Below the pieces are notes generated by a model, which did no database searches, was not told the DNA's origin, and saw only the letters and a list, made by a program, of their open reading frames with translations. Below, piece by piece: positions 38,542 to 49,361 of a stretch of DNA of 64,000 nt. The DNA lies in assembly GCF_036250065.1 (NCBI RefSeq), contig NZ_CP109199.1, positions 7,812,083 through 7,876,082 of the forward strand, given 5' to 3'. Made by a program: the position numbers and the translations under genes. Each line of letters opens with the position of its first letter. The stretch's first letter is position 1. The stretch is from Micromonospora sp. NBC_01699. Its GTDB lineage: Bacteria; Actinomycetota; Actinomycetes; Mycobacteriales; Micromonosporaceae.

Positions 38542-39549
38542 GTGTACGACGTGGTGCTGCTCACCCTCGGGTCCGGCCGGGACGGCTCCGCCGGCTGCGG
38601 AAACGGCGACGGATGCTGTGGTACGAGCGCCGACAGTGCCGGCGACAGCTGCACCGACACCCCTCGCGTACCCGTGTTGAACTGCGCGGACGCGTTGACC
38701 GCCCGGGGCGCCCGGGTGGAGATGGTCACCGCCGGATCGGACGCGGAGATCGACGAGGTGCTGGCCCGGCTGGACGCCCCGCCCCGCCCCGACGGCCTCA
38801 CCTGGCCGGACGGCGACAGCAAGACCCGCCTGATCATCGCCACCGCCAGTGACGGCCAGTTACGCGCCGTGATCCGCCGGATGGTCCGCCGGTACGCCCC
38901 GCCGCCGAGCCGCCGCCCGGCCGACCTCGCCGGCAACCGTACGGTCCCGGACCTGCCACCGATCGGCCTGCTCCCGCTCGACCCGACCGGGACCGCCGGC
39001 CGGTCCCCCGGCGCCGGGTCCCCCGTGGACCTGGTCGGCCAGCTCGGGCTGCCCCGGGAACCGGCCGAGGTCGCCGCCGCGCTGCTCGACGGCCCGGTCC
39101 GCCGGCTCGACCTGCTGCGCAACGACGGCGGCTCGGTCACCCTGGACGGGGTGCTGCTCGGCGGTGGCGACGAGGAGGGCCGGACGATCCCCTGGCGCGG
39201 CCGGGTAGAGGTGGACGACACGATCCTCACCGCAGGCGACGACCCCGTGCTGGCCTGCGCGATCGGCAACGGACGCGGGTACTCCCAGCTCGCCGGGCTT
39301 CCGCTGCTCACCGAGGCGGACCCGACCAGCGGCACAATCGAGGTCGCGGTGGCGGTCCCGGTGCTCGCCGGTAGCCGTTGGGGGCGCAAAAAGGTACGCA
39401 TCGAGGTGCGCCGGGCCAGGGGACGCGCGGTCGCGGTCGTGCCCCGAGACGGCGACCTGCCGTACGTGGACGACGGCGTGAGCGGGGACCTCAGCCGCAA
39501 GCGGTCCTGGTGGATCGAGCCCGGTGCCTGGGCGGTCTACGGCCGCTGA
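38542..39549 (+). CDS. Hypothetical protein with a degenerate diacylglycerol-kinase catalytic-like (DAGK_cat / ATP-NAD kinase) core and a Cys-rich N-terminal patch
   Basis: GTG 38542 after AGGAGG. RLIIATASDGQLRAVIRRMV resembles the GGDGT motif. The Cys-rich patch is CGNGDGCCGTSADSAGDSC. Confidence 0.4.
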   Translation: MYDVVLLTLGSGRDGSAGCGNGDGCCGTSADSAGDSCTDTPRVPVLNCADALTARGARVEMVTAGSDAEIDEVLARLDAPPRPDGLTWPDGDSKTRLIIATASDGQLRAVIRRMVRRYAPPPSRRPADLAGNRTVPDLPPIGLLPLDPTGTAGRSPGAGSPVDLVGQLGLPREPAEVAAALLDGPVRRLDLLRNDGGSVTLDGVLLGGGDEEGRTIPWRGRVEVDDTILTAGDDPVLACAIGNGRGYSQLAGLPLLTEADPTSGTIEVAVAVPVLAGSRWGRKKVRIEVRRARGRAVAVVPRDGDLPYVDDGVSGDLSRKRSWWIEPGAWAVYGR

Positions 39550-39638
39550 CCACGTACGTCGGCCGACAGCCGGGCTCGGTGCCGGGCTGATCCCGCCCGG
39601 CGGGCATATCCTCGGGCGGAGCAGGGGGGAGTTAGCCG

Positions 39639-42124
39639 TGGTGGACGACCAACCGGACCAGTTCCGCGGGCCGGGCCAGGGGGCGGCGCCCCGTGACGTC
39701 GAGCCGTTCTGGCCGCCGGACGAGATCGTCGCCGAACCGCCGCAGCCGAGCGGTGGCGGCACCCCGGCCAGCCACGCCGGATCGGGCACCGGCAGTACGC
39801 CGGTACCGGCGCAGCCGCCGGGGGTCGGTGCGGACATCGCCTGGGGCGGGGGTTCGGTCCCGTCCCCGCTTCCGGTCCCGCCCCTGATGCTGCCCCGCCC
39901 AACCGCACCACCACCGCCCGCGATGCCACCAGCCTCCGCAGTGCCGCCACCACCGGCGATGCCACCAGCCTCCGCAGTGCCGCCACCACCGGCGATGCCA
40001 CCGGCCTCCGCAGTGCCACCAGCGGCGACGCCTTCGGTGCCGCTGGCGCAGGCAGCGCCGGTCACGCCGGTTCCGTCGGCGCCACCGGCCCCGCCCTCTC
40101 CCCCGGCACCGATCCACCTCACCCCGGCGATCGACGCGACCACCGGCACCGTTGGCGGCGGGGCTACCGCAGGGGTCGTTGGCAGCGGAGCTACCGGCAT
40201 CGGCGGGACGATCACGGACGGGGGTGCGGCGGGCGCGCCCGTGGCGGCCGGAGACCCGACGGTGCAGGCCAGGGCGGCGGTCGAGCAGCCGACCAGGGCG
40301 TGGCCGTTGATCACGAGCGCGGCCGGCGCGGCGGCCGGTCGTCCTCCGGGCCGAGCGGCCCGAGCCGGCAACGACGACCCGGCGCAGACCACGTCCGCAT
40401 CGCAATCGTCGCCGCCGGATCCGTGGGCACCGAAGGCCGGCACCCCCACCCCAGGTACGGCACCCGGCCCGGCAACCCCCTCGGCACGCCTCGACGACCC
40501 GTTCACCATCGACACCCTGCTCGCCGGTGGACCCGACGGCATGAGCGGTACGACGGACGGCACAGCCGCCGGACCCCGGACCGGCCGGCCGACGGCACCC
40601 GAGTCTCCGTGGGCGCAGCCGCCGCAGCGCCCCGCCGCCGACCGTTCGGCGCCATCGCCAGTGGCAACCGGCCCCGAGCCGGCGACCGATGTCCCGGCAC
40701 CGGCCGGCCACGGCTACCCACCCGGCGGGCACCATCCCCGAGCAGCCGAGCAGGGTCATCCCGACCAGCACCACCCCGGACCGACCCAGCACGGGTATAC
40801 CGACCAGCACCACCCCGGACCGACCCAGCACGGGTATACCGACCAGCACCACCCCGGACCGACCCGACACGATCAAGCCGTCCAGTACCAGCCCGCACCG
40901 GCCGGGCCCGGGTTTCCGGCAGGCGGCACGGCAGGCGACACGACAAGCGGCACGGCAGGCGACACGACAAGCGGCACAGCAGGCGGGACGGCGGTTGGGG
41001 CTGCGGCCGTACCGGGGCAACCGGCAGCCAGGTCGGCGCCGTACCCGCCGGTTGGTGGGCGGCAGCCGCGGGCCGAGGCGTATCCCGGCGTGGCCGAGGT
41101 GCCGCAGCAGGCGTACCGGGAGGCACCGGGGGTGACCAGGATGCCGCCGCCACCGGCGACGTACCCGGAACCGGTCTGGACGCCGGACTCGTCGACCCCG
41201 ACCGCGGAGGAGTTCGCGCGGCGCCGGGCGAACCGGCCGGCCGACCCGATCGCGACGATGGGCGTACGGGCGGCGGTCAACAAGAGCACGCTCGGGCTGG
41301 TACGGCTGTCGCCGGGGCGGCACGAGCAGGAGATTCGGCAGGACGTCGAGATGGTGCGCCGGAACTTCGGCGGGCTGCGACAGGTGACCGTGGTCAACCC
41401 GAAGGGTGGGGCGGGCAAGACGGTGGCCATCCTGCTGCTCGCGATGACCTTCGGTCAGAAGCGCGGCGGGTACGTGCTGGCCTGGGACAACAACGAGACG
41501 CAGGGCACCCTCGGGATGCGGGCGCAGCAGGACTTCCACTCGCGTACGGTCCGGGACATGCTGCGGGACCTGGGGCAGTTCCAGGTGTCCCACGGGCGGG
41601 TCGGTGACCTGTCGCAGTACGTCCGGTCGCAGGGCGAGGGGATGTTCGACGTACTCGCCTCGGACGAGTCGGCGACCGGTGGCGAGATGCTGACCGCCGC
41701 CGCCTTCGCGGAGATCCGTGAGGTGGTCAGCCGGTTCTACAAGTTGATCTTCGTGGACACCGGCAACAACGTACGGGCGCAGAACTGGCAGGCCGCCATC
41801 GACGCGACCGACCAGCTCCTGATCACCATGTCCGCCCGGAACGACTCCGCCGAGACCGCCGCCCGGATGCTCGACCACCTGGAGCAGAGCGGCCGGCAAC
41901 GGCTGGTCCGGCAGGCCGTGACGGTGGTGTCCATGCCGCCGTCGCGCAAGGAGATCGACCTGCCGGCTATCCAGCGCCACTTCGCCGCCCGGACCAGGGC
42001 GGTGCTGCTGGCCCCGTACGAGCGCTTGATCGACACCGGCGAGCCGATCCGGTACGGGCAGCTCTCCGCCGCCAGCCGGGACGCCTGGCTGAAGATTGCC
42101 GCCGCGGTGGCCGAGGGGCTGTGA
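39639..42124 (+). CDS. ParA/MinD-family (CpaE/Ssd-like) P-loop ATPase with a roughly 530-aa Pro/Ala/Gly-rich disordered N-terminal region
   Basis: The C-terminal domain is VTVVNPKGGAGKTVAILLLAMTF...IFVDTGNN (deviant Walker A, ParA type). The likely GTG start is at about 39639 after GGGGGAG; the track ORF starts at 39524. Three distinct tandem-repeat arrays lie in the linker. Confidence 0.65.
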
Positions 42125-42199
42125 CGGGTTCTCCCCGCCCCGGTTCGACCGGGGCGGGGAGCGGACCCGCAGGCAGGACGAGCTGCGGTGCGAGGTGGC

Positions 42200-42628
42200 T
42201 CAGGAGCCGGCGAGGGCGTCCCCGGCCTCGGGGTCGCAGTCGCGCAGGAACTGCGCGCAGCGCGCCGCCTCGTCCGACTCGCCGATCTCACCGGCGGCCC
42301 GGGACAACACGTGCAGGCAGCGCAGGAACCCCTGGTTGGGGCCGTGCGACCAGGGCACCGGACCGTGCCCCTTCCAGCCGTTGCGGCGGAGCTGGTCCAG
42401 CCCACGGTGGTAGCCGGTACGCGCGTACGCGTACGCCGTGACGACCTGCCCGGACGCGAACGCCCGCGAGGCCAGTGCCCCCCAGGCGGCGCTGGAGGTC
42501 GGGAAACGCGCGGCAACCGAGGCGTACGCCTCGTCGGTGTCGGCCTCGATGGCCTCGGCGAGGGCCGCCTCGGCCGCGTCGTCGCCGGGGAGGAGGGTGG
42601 CCGGCGGTTCGGGCAACAGACTCTGCAT
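42200..42628 (-). CDS. DUF3151-family conserved actinobacterial protein
   Basis: 142 aa with YAYARTGYHRGLDQLRRNGWKGHGPVPWSHGPNQGFLRCLHVL. Confidence 0.55.
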   Translation of the reverse strand: MQSLLPEPPATLLPGDDAAEAALAEAIEADTDEAYASVAARFPTSSAAWGALASRAFASGQVVTAYAYARTGYHRGLDQLRRNGWKGHGPVPWSHGPNQGFLRCLHVLSRAAGEIGESDEAARCAQFLRDCDPEAGDALAGS

Positions 42629-42792
42629 CGGCCCATTGAACCTGCCCGACCTGCGGGGTGGCGAGGCGGGATGCCTTTCGGCCTGACTGAAAGGCTGAGG
42701 GTTTGGTCACGCGTGCGGCCGGTGCGGGCGATGGTCGACTCGACTACAAATAGAGGTCCGGAGCCTCCCCAGGACCCGGTAAGGAGAGCCCG

Positions 42793-42987
42793 GTGATCTC
42801 GGTCACCGGGCTCTCGCCGTCGAGGCGCCGTCGAGGCGACGTCGAGGCGACATCCGGGAGACGTCCGGGAGACGTCCGGCTGGACCAGTTCGGCCGGACC
42901 GGGCGGGACTCGGCGAGACCCCGACGAGACCCGGCGCGGCCCCGCGCGTGGTCGCCGGTTGCCGGTTGCCGGCGCGGAGGAGGATGA
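42793..42987 (+). other. Candidate 64-codon Arg-rich leader uORF translationally coupled (ATGA) to the LOG-family gene. Its RBS and start are embedded in a 13-bp perfect inverted repeat.
   Basis: AAGGAGAG (42781-42788) then GTG 42793. The TGA stop at 42985-42987 overlaps ATG 42984. Internal 11-bp tandem repeats are present. Confidence 0.3.
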
Positions 42988-44270
42988 CGGACGTGCCCAC
43001 ACCACCCTCGACCCACCTACTCGAACCGGACGACGACACCACGGAGTCCGAGATCGAGTCCCGCGCCGAACTCGACCGCCACCTGGCCACCGGCAGCCTT
43101 GCCGGGCTGACGGTGCAGGGCCTGCGGTTGGACCTCGACCCGGAGCCCGACCTCACCAGCGTCGACCTGACCGACACCCTCTTCATCGGCTGCCGGTTCG
43201 CCGACCGGCAGGTCGAGGCGGACCTGATCCGGCGGGGCGCCCACCTGCTGCCGCCGTTCGCCGACCTGCCGTACTCGACCCAGCCGCCCCGGCTCTACAC
43301 CCCGGACGACCTGGTCGCCGGCTTCGGCACCGGGGGCTTCGCCAGCATGTTCGACGCGCTGGTCTACGAGCACTTCCGGACGCACGGTGGGGCGATGCCA
43401 CCGGTTCGGGAGGCGCTGGCCCAGCGGATGCACGACCACGGGGTCGACAACGCGCTCGCCGACGCCACCCGGAGCTGGCTGGCCGTGCACGGCCCCGGTT
43501 CGGTGATCGGGGTGATGGGCGGGCACGCCGTACCGCGCGGAACCTCCGCGTACCGGCTGGCGGCCACGCTGGGCTGGGAGCTGGCTCGGGCGGACCGGCT
43601 GGTGGTGACCGGTGGCGGGCCGGGTGTGATGGAGGCGGCGAACCTCGGCGCGTACCTCTCCGGCCGTACCCCGGAGGAGCTGGCGGCGGCCATCGACCTG
43701 CTCGCCGCCGCACCCGACTTCACCGACCACGACCGCTACACGGCGGCGGCGCTGCGGGTCCGGGCCGAGTTCGGGCCGGGCCCGGACGGGCCGGGGTTCA
43801 CCACCGGGCTCGGTGCGGCACCGGCCGGTGCCGCACCCGCCCAGCGTGGCGGCGACCGGTCCGTCGTGGCCGACACCGTCGGCTGGGCGCGGCGCGGTGG
43901 CCTGTCCATCCCCACCTGGCTGTACGGACACGAGCCGGCGAACCTGTTCGCGGGCAGGATCGCCAAGTACTTCTCGAACGCCATCCGCGAGGACACCCTG
44001 CTCCGGCTGGCCCGGGGCGGGATCGTCTTCGCCGCCGGCCGGGCCGGGACGGTGCAGGAGGTGTTCCAGGCGGCGACGAAGACGTTCTACGGCACCGACG
44101 GGGCGAGCGGCGCGTACGTCTTCCTCGACCGTGCCTTCTGGACCGAGACGCTGCCGATCGAGTCGCTGCTCCGGCCGCTGTTCTCGCTCACCCCGTTCGG
44201 CGACCTGACCGGCTCGATCCACGTGACCGACGACGTGCACGAGGCGGTACGACTGCTCGTCCGAGACTGA
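42984..44270 (+). CDS. LOG-family (TIGR00730, Rossmann-fold, 'lysine decarboxylase-like') protein with an N-terminal extension
   Basis: VVTGGGPGVMEAANLGA...GGIVFAAGRAGTVQEVFQ, the LOG motifs. The start ATG is at 42984-42986. Confidence 0.7.
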   Translation: MTDVPTPPSTHLLEPDDDTTESEIESRAELDRHLATGSLAGLTVQGLRLDLDPEPDLTSVDLTDTLFIGCRFADRQVEADLIRRGAHLLPPFADLPYSTQPPRLYTPDDLVAGFGTGGFASMFDALVYEHFRTHGGAMPPVREALAQRMHDHGVDNALADATRSWLAVHGPGSVIGVMGGHAVPRGTSAYRLAATLGWELARADRLVVTGGGPGVMEAANLGAYLSGRTPEELAAAIDLLAAAPDFTDHDRYTAAALRVRAEFGPGPDGPGFTTGLGAAPAGAAPAQRGGDRSVVADTVGWARRGGLSIPTWLYGHEPANLFAGRIAKYFSNAIREDTLLRLARGGIVFAAGRAGTVQEVFQAATKTFYGTDGASGAYVFLDRAFWTETLPIESLLRPLFSLTPFGDLTGSIHVTDDVHEAVRLLVRD

Positions 44271-44342
44271 CACCGGTACGTGAAACGGCCGGTCCCGGTT
44301 GTGTCCGGGACCGGCCGTACGCGTTCGATCAGCGAAAACGGG

Positions 44343-45368
<1,026 letters not shown>

Positions 45369-45520
45369 GTCGAACGCTCCTTACTAACCACTTCGGCCGC
45401 AACGGCCGCTGTCTCACGTGTACGCGCCGGACCGCGCTGTCCTTCGCGGGCAGTATCCCGCAGGACGCCCTTGCCGACACAACCGACCCGGATCGACCCG
45501 ATTCACCGACCCGGAGCGGC

Positions 45521-45904
45521 TCACCGACGGTCGAACCGGTCCGGTACGAAGACGCTGATCAACCAGCTCACCACCGCCACCACGATGGCTCCCCAGAAGG
45601 CCGCCCAGAAGCCGTTCACGTGGAACGGCAGATCGAACTCGCCGGCAATCCAGTCGGTCAGCAGGAACAGCAGCGCGTTCACGACCAGGGCGAACAGCCC
45701 CAGGGTGAGGACGTAGAACACGCAGCCGACCACCCGGATGACCGGCTTCAGCACCATGTTGACCACACCGAAGATCACCGCCACGACCAGCAGCGTCAAC
45801 GCGTTCTCCCCGGCCGACGAACCGGACACGTCGATGCCGGGCACCAGTGCGGTGGTGACCCACAACGCGACCGCCGTGATCACCAGCCGGATCAGGTAGC
45901 CCAC
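45521..45904 (-). CDS. Phage-holin-family-4 / YvlD (DUF360)-like small membrane protein
   Basis: 127 aa with four TM helices (LVITAVALWVTTALVPGIDV...VIFGVVNMVLKPVI...). Confidence 0.55.
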   Translation of the reverse strand: MGYLIRLVITAVALWVTTALVPGIDVSGSSAGENALTLLVVAVIFGVVNMVLKPVIRVVGCVFYVLTLGLFALVVNALLFLLTDWIAGEFDLPFHVNGFWAAFWGAIVVAVVSWLISVFVPDRFDRR

Positions 45905-46058
45905 CGGCCCATCGTGTCACCGCCACCGCCCGGCGGGGTGCCATTCGGCCCGACTGGCGCCACCGACCGGCCGGGCTCGGGTTTGCCGGCACGTACCCGA
46001 CGGACCGGCAGGTCAACCCGTACGGTGAAAACAGCACCGCGGACCGGAGGAGGCGACG

Positions 46059-46307
46059 ATGACCCAGCCCGACGATGATTTTGTCCTCGGCGAGGAGTTC
46101 GCCCCCGGCGACCACCTCGACCCGGACGAGCGTGATCCGGAGGCACCCGCCGACGACGCCGTCGAGCAGGCGTCCGCCGTGGACCCGACCGACGACGGTC
46201 CCCCGTCCGCCACCGACGCGCAGCAGTTGCCCCGGGGCATCGAGGTGGACGAGTGGGACGCGCTCGAACAGGCCCGGATCATCGGCCCGGAGGACGACTA
46301 CCGCTGA
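46059..46307 (+). CDS. Small acidic hypothetical protein
   Basis: 82 aa, Asp/Glu-rich. Codon usage is consistent with a real gene. No recognisable domain. Confidence 0.35.
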   Translation: MTQPDDDFVLGEEFAPGDHLDPDERDPEAPADDAVEQASAVDPTDDGPPSATDAQQLPRGIEVDEWDALEQARIIGPEDDYR

Positions 46308-46358
46308 CCGGCACCGAGCCCGGCCCCACCGGGCCGCTACCGGCGACCGGATCCGGCT

Positions 46359-47438
46359 CTACCTGGGCGTGATCCGCTCCGGGTGGCGACCGACCCACTC
46401 GGCCAGCGTGTCGGCGTGCAGGGCGGCGAACAGGCTGCCGCTGACCACCGGGTCCAGGGCCTGGTAGACCGGTCCCGCCGAGGGCGCCGCGCTCATCTCC
46501 CAGCCGATCCCGGTCGTCTGGGCGCCGGCGAGTTCGGCCAGCACCGGCAGCAGTTCGACCAGCGAGGTGCCACCGGTGTCGGTGGCGAGCCCGTCGCCGA
46601 CGGTTTGCAGGATCTTCGACAGCCGGACCGGGTTGGTGACGGTTCCCGCGTCGGTCAGTTCCGCCAGCAGGGCGGCACCGAACCGTTGGGCGTTGCGGTC
46701 CCGGTCGTGCGCGCCGAGCGGCAGGCCGTAGCGCTGCCGGAGCAGGTCGAGCGCGCCGGCGCCGTCGAGCCGTTGACAGCCGGCCGGGAACACCCGCCCG
46801 GTGTGCTGGGACGGCACCCTCTTCGGCAGGCAGACCCGTACGCCGCCGACCGCGTCGGTGAGTTTGCGCAGCCCGTCGAAGGTGAGTACGGCGGTGGCGT
46901 CGAAGGCCGGTGCGCCGAGCCCGGTGAGGGTACGCGCGGTGAGCCGGGCACCGGCGGTCAGGTCGACGGCGCCGCCGGGGCGGGTACTGCCGAGGTGGAA
47001 CGCCTCGTTCAGCTTGCCGAACCCGTGGCCGGGAATGTCGATCCCGAGGTCGCGCGGCATCGAGACGAAGTACACCTGGCCACGGTCGCGGGGCACGTGC
47101 ACGATCAGCACCGTGTCGGCCCGGTAGCCGGTGTCCGAGCCGGGCTGCCCGTCCGCCCCGAGCAGCAGCACGTTCAACGCCCGATCCGGTACGACGACCG
47201 GGGCGGCCGGCGCTCCGGTCAGGCTCTCGGCCGGCGTCGGCGTCGCACTCAGGTTCCGGCCCACCACCGGCACCGCGACCACGGCCAGTACGGCGAGCGC
47301 CGCACCCGCGGACCGGATCGTGTGCCGCCGTCGACGGCGACGTACGGCGATCCGGTCGATGGCGGCCCGCACCGGTTCGGTGTCCGGCACCAGGGCCTCC
47401 TGTCGGGCGAACGCCGCCCGCAGCTCTTCCTCGATCAT
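46359..47438 (-). CDS. LCP (LytR-CpsA-Psr) family cell-wall glycopolymer transferase with an N-terminal cytoplasmic segment plus TM helix. It is ATGA-coupled to an ECF sigma factor and may act as an anti-sigma.
   Basis: The LCP core is LNVLLLGADGQPGSDTGYRADTVLIVHVPRDRGQVYFVSMPRDL. The N-terminus MIEEELRAAFARQ...TM overlaps the sigma stop by 4 nt. Confidence 0.8.
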   Translation of the reverse strand: MIEEELRAAFARQEALVPDTEPVRAAIDRIAVRRRRRRHTIRSAGAALAVLAVVAVPVVGRNLSATPTPAESLTGAPAAPVVVPDRALNVLLLGADGQPGSDTGYRADTVLIVHVPRDRGQVYFVSMPRDLGIDIPGHGFGKLNEAFHLGSTRPGGAVDLTAGARLTARTLTGLGAPAFDATAVLTFDGLRKLTDAVGGVRVCLPKRVPSQHTGRVFPAGCQRLDGAGALDLLRQRYGLPLGAHDRDRNAQRFGAALLAELTDAGTVTNPVRLSKILQTVGDGLATDTGGTSLVELLPVLAELAGAQTTGIGWEMSAAPSAGPVYQALDPVVSGSLFAALHADTLAEWVGRHPERITPR

Positions 47439-47950
47439 GAGCCGGCCTCCACCAGTTCGGCCCGCAGGGCGGCGAGCGCACGCGAAATGGACGCCCGTAC
47501 GGTCCCGACCGCGCAGCCGAGGATGTCGGCGATCTCCGCGTCGGGCAGGTCCTCGTAGAACCGCAGTACCAGGGCGGCCCGCTGTCGGCGGGGCAGCCGC
47601 ATCACCCAGCCCCAGACCTGGTCCCGGTCGGCGGAGAGCTGGGCGTGGTCGGGCCGTACGGGGGCCACCGCCTCCTCCGGGTCGGCGCGCAGCAGCACCC
47701 GCTTGAACCAGGTGCCGCGCTGCCAGTCGAAGTACTGGTTGGTCAGCATGCGGCGGACGTACCGCTCGGGTGAGTCGGCCCGGACGACCCTGCGCCAGTT
47801 GAGCTGGACCCGGACCATCGTCTCCTGCACCAGGTCCTGGGCGAGGTGGGGATCGCCGGTGAGCAGCACCGCGTACCGCAGTAGCGGGCCGAGCCGGGTG
47901 TCGGCGAACTCCGCGAAGGTGGCCGGTGCGTCCGGGCCCGGGTCACTCAT
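47435..47950 (-). CDS. ECF RNA polymerase sigma factor
   Basis: Region 2 is AQDLVQETMVRVQLNWRRV. Region 4 is LPDAEIADILGCAVGTVRASISRALAAL. Confidence 0.85.
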   Translation of the reverse strand: MSDPGPDAPATFAEFADTRLGPLLRYAVLLTGDPHLAQDLVQETMVRVQLNWRRVVRADSPERYVRRMLTNQYFDWQRGTWFKRVLLRADPEEAVAPVRPDHAQLSADRDQVWGWVMRLPRRQRAALVLRFYEDLPDAEIADILGCAVGTVRASISRALAALRAELVEAGS

Positions 47951-49361
47951 TCTTCGGTGCGACCACGTCCGGGTGGGCGCGGACGAACTCGGGCAGGGTG
48001 CCGTCGCGCGCCGCGTGCAGCATGCTCATCGACTCGGCGGTGAGCTTCTGGTACGAGATGCCGTTGATCTTCACTTCGGCAAAGTTGCCCTGGTTCGTCC
48101 TGAGTACGGTCATGTCGTTGGCGGCGACGCCCTTCAGGGTGAACAGGAAGTCCGCCATGGACACGCCCTGGGTGTCGAGGATGAACGCCTTACCGGCGGC
48201 GGTGATCACCCGGTCGATCTTGCCGAGGTCGGTGAGCACACCGGCGCTGGTCGCCTTCTTGACCATGGCCTTGATGAGCTGCTGCTGATGGCGCTGCCGG
48301 TCGTAGTCGGTCTTCGGCAGGCCGTACCGGATCCGGGCGTAGTCGAGGGCGAGCTCCGCCGACATCGGTCGGCAGCCGACCTCGTGCACGACGACCTTCC
48401 CGCCCGGCGGCAGGTCGAAGACCCTGCGCGACGCCTCGTCGAACTTGATCGGCACGATCTTGCCCTTGCGGTCGTACGCGTAGTGGATCGAGGAGGCGCG
48501 CTGGTCGATGCACATGTCGACGCCGCCCAGGGCCCGGATGACCGCCTGGAAGCCCTGGAAGTCGATCAGCGCGGCGCCGTTGAAGGTGATCCCGGTCTGC
48601 TTGTTCAACGTACGGGCGAGCAGCTTGAACCCACGGGCCCGCTTCTCGATCTCCGTACCCTCGCCCCGGTAGCCGAACTCGAACGCCGCGTTGATCTTGT
48701 CGGTGCCACCTCGGTAGTTGGTCGCCGGGTTCGCCGGGATCGGCACCCGCCAGTCCCGGGGAATCGAGATCAGGTACGCCTGGTCGTGGCTGGCCGGGAT
48801 GTGCACGATCATGATCGTGTCGGACCGGGCCCCGGCGTCCCAGTCCGGCCGCACGTCGATGCCGACCAGGAGCAGGTTCAGCGCCCCGTCGATCTTCTTC
48901 CCGGTCGGGCCGGGGGTCTCCGCCGGCAGCGCCACCGCCTCCCCGTCGAGCAGGGTGGCCTGGGTGATCTTCGAGGTCGCCTTGTCGATCGCGACCCTGG
49001 TCAGCGCGTACGCCCCGCCGCTCATCACCAGCAGCAGGGACCCCGTGGCGACCAGCACCTTCGTCCACACCGGAGTACGGCGCCGCCCCGACCCGCGCTT
49101 CCCCTTACCGGACCCCGAACCGGTCCCGGCCGTCGCCTCCCCTACGGAACCGCCCGTCACAGTCCGCGCGGAACCGGTGGTCGCATCCGCCGCCGTCGGG
49201 GCGGCCCGGGAACCGACCGGTCGCCGCGGCTGCGGCACCCGCTCCGACTGCTTTGACTGACCCGATTCCCTCGGTCGCTTCGACTGTCCCGATCGCTTCG
49301 ATTTCTGCTTGCCGTCCACGCCCGAGTCGCTGCCTCTGCCGCTGCGAGCCCGCATCGTCAC
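47943..49361 (-). CDS. LCP (LytR-CpsA-Psr) family protein with a long basic, Ser/Gly-rich cytoplasmic N-terminus
   Basis: LNLLLVGIDVRPDWDAGARSDTIMIVHIPASHDQAYLISIPRDWRV. The TM helix is VWTKVLVATGSLLLVMSGGAYAL. Confidence 0.8.
   Translation of the reverse strand: MTMRARSGRGSDSGVDGKQKSKRSGQSKRPRESGQSKQSERVPQPRRPVGSRAAPTAADATTGSARTVTGGSVGEATAGTGSGSGKGKRGSGRRRTPVWTKVLVATGSLLLVMSGGAYALTRVAIDKATSKITQATLLDGEAVALPAETPGPTGKKIDGALNLLLVGIDVRPDWDAGARSDTIMIVHIPASHDQAYLISIPRDWRVPIPANPATNYRGGTDKINAAFEFGYRGEGTEIEKRARGFKLLARTLNKQTGITFNGAALIDFQGFQAVIRALGGVDMCIDQRASSIHYAYDRKGKIVPIKFDEASRRVFDLPPGGKVVVHEVGCRPMSAELALDYARIRYGLPKTDYDRQRHQQQLIKAMVKKATSAGVLTDLGKIDRVITAAGKAFILDTQGVSMADFLFTLKGVAANDMTVLRTNQGNFAEVKINGISYQKLTAESMSMLHAARDGTLPEFVRAHPDVVAPKNE

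Noticed and set aside
45521-45904. Phage holin-family protein as evidence of a prophage
   Set aside because: It is a single small membrane gene with no integrase, capsid, terminase or att-like repeats around it. This family (DUF360/YvlD) is a common chromosomal housekeeping membrane protein.
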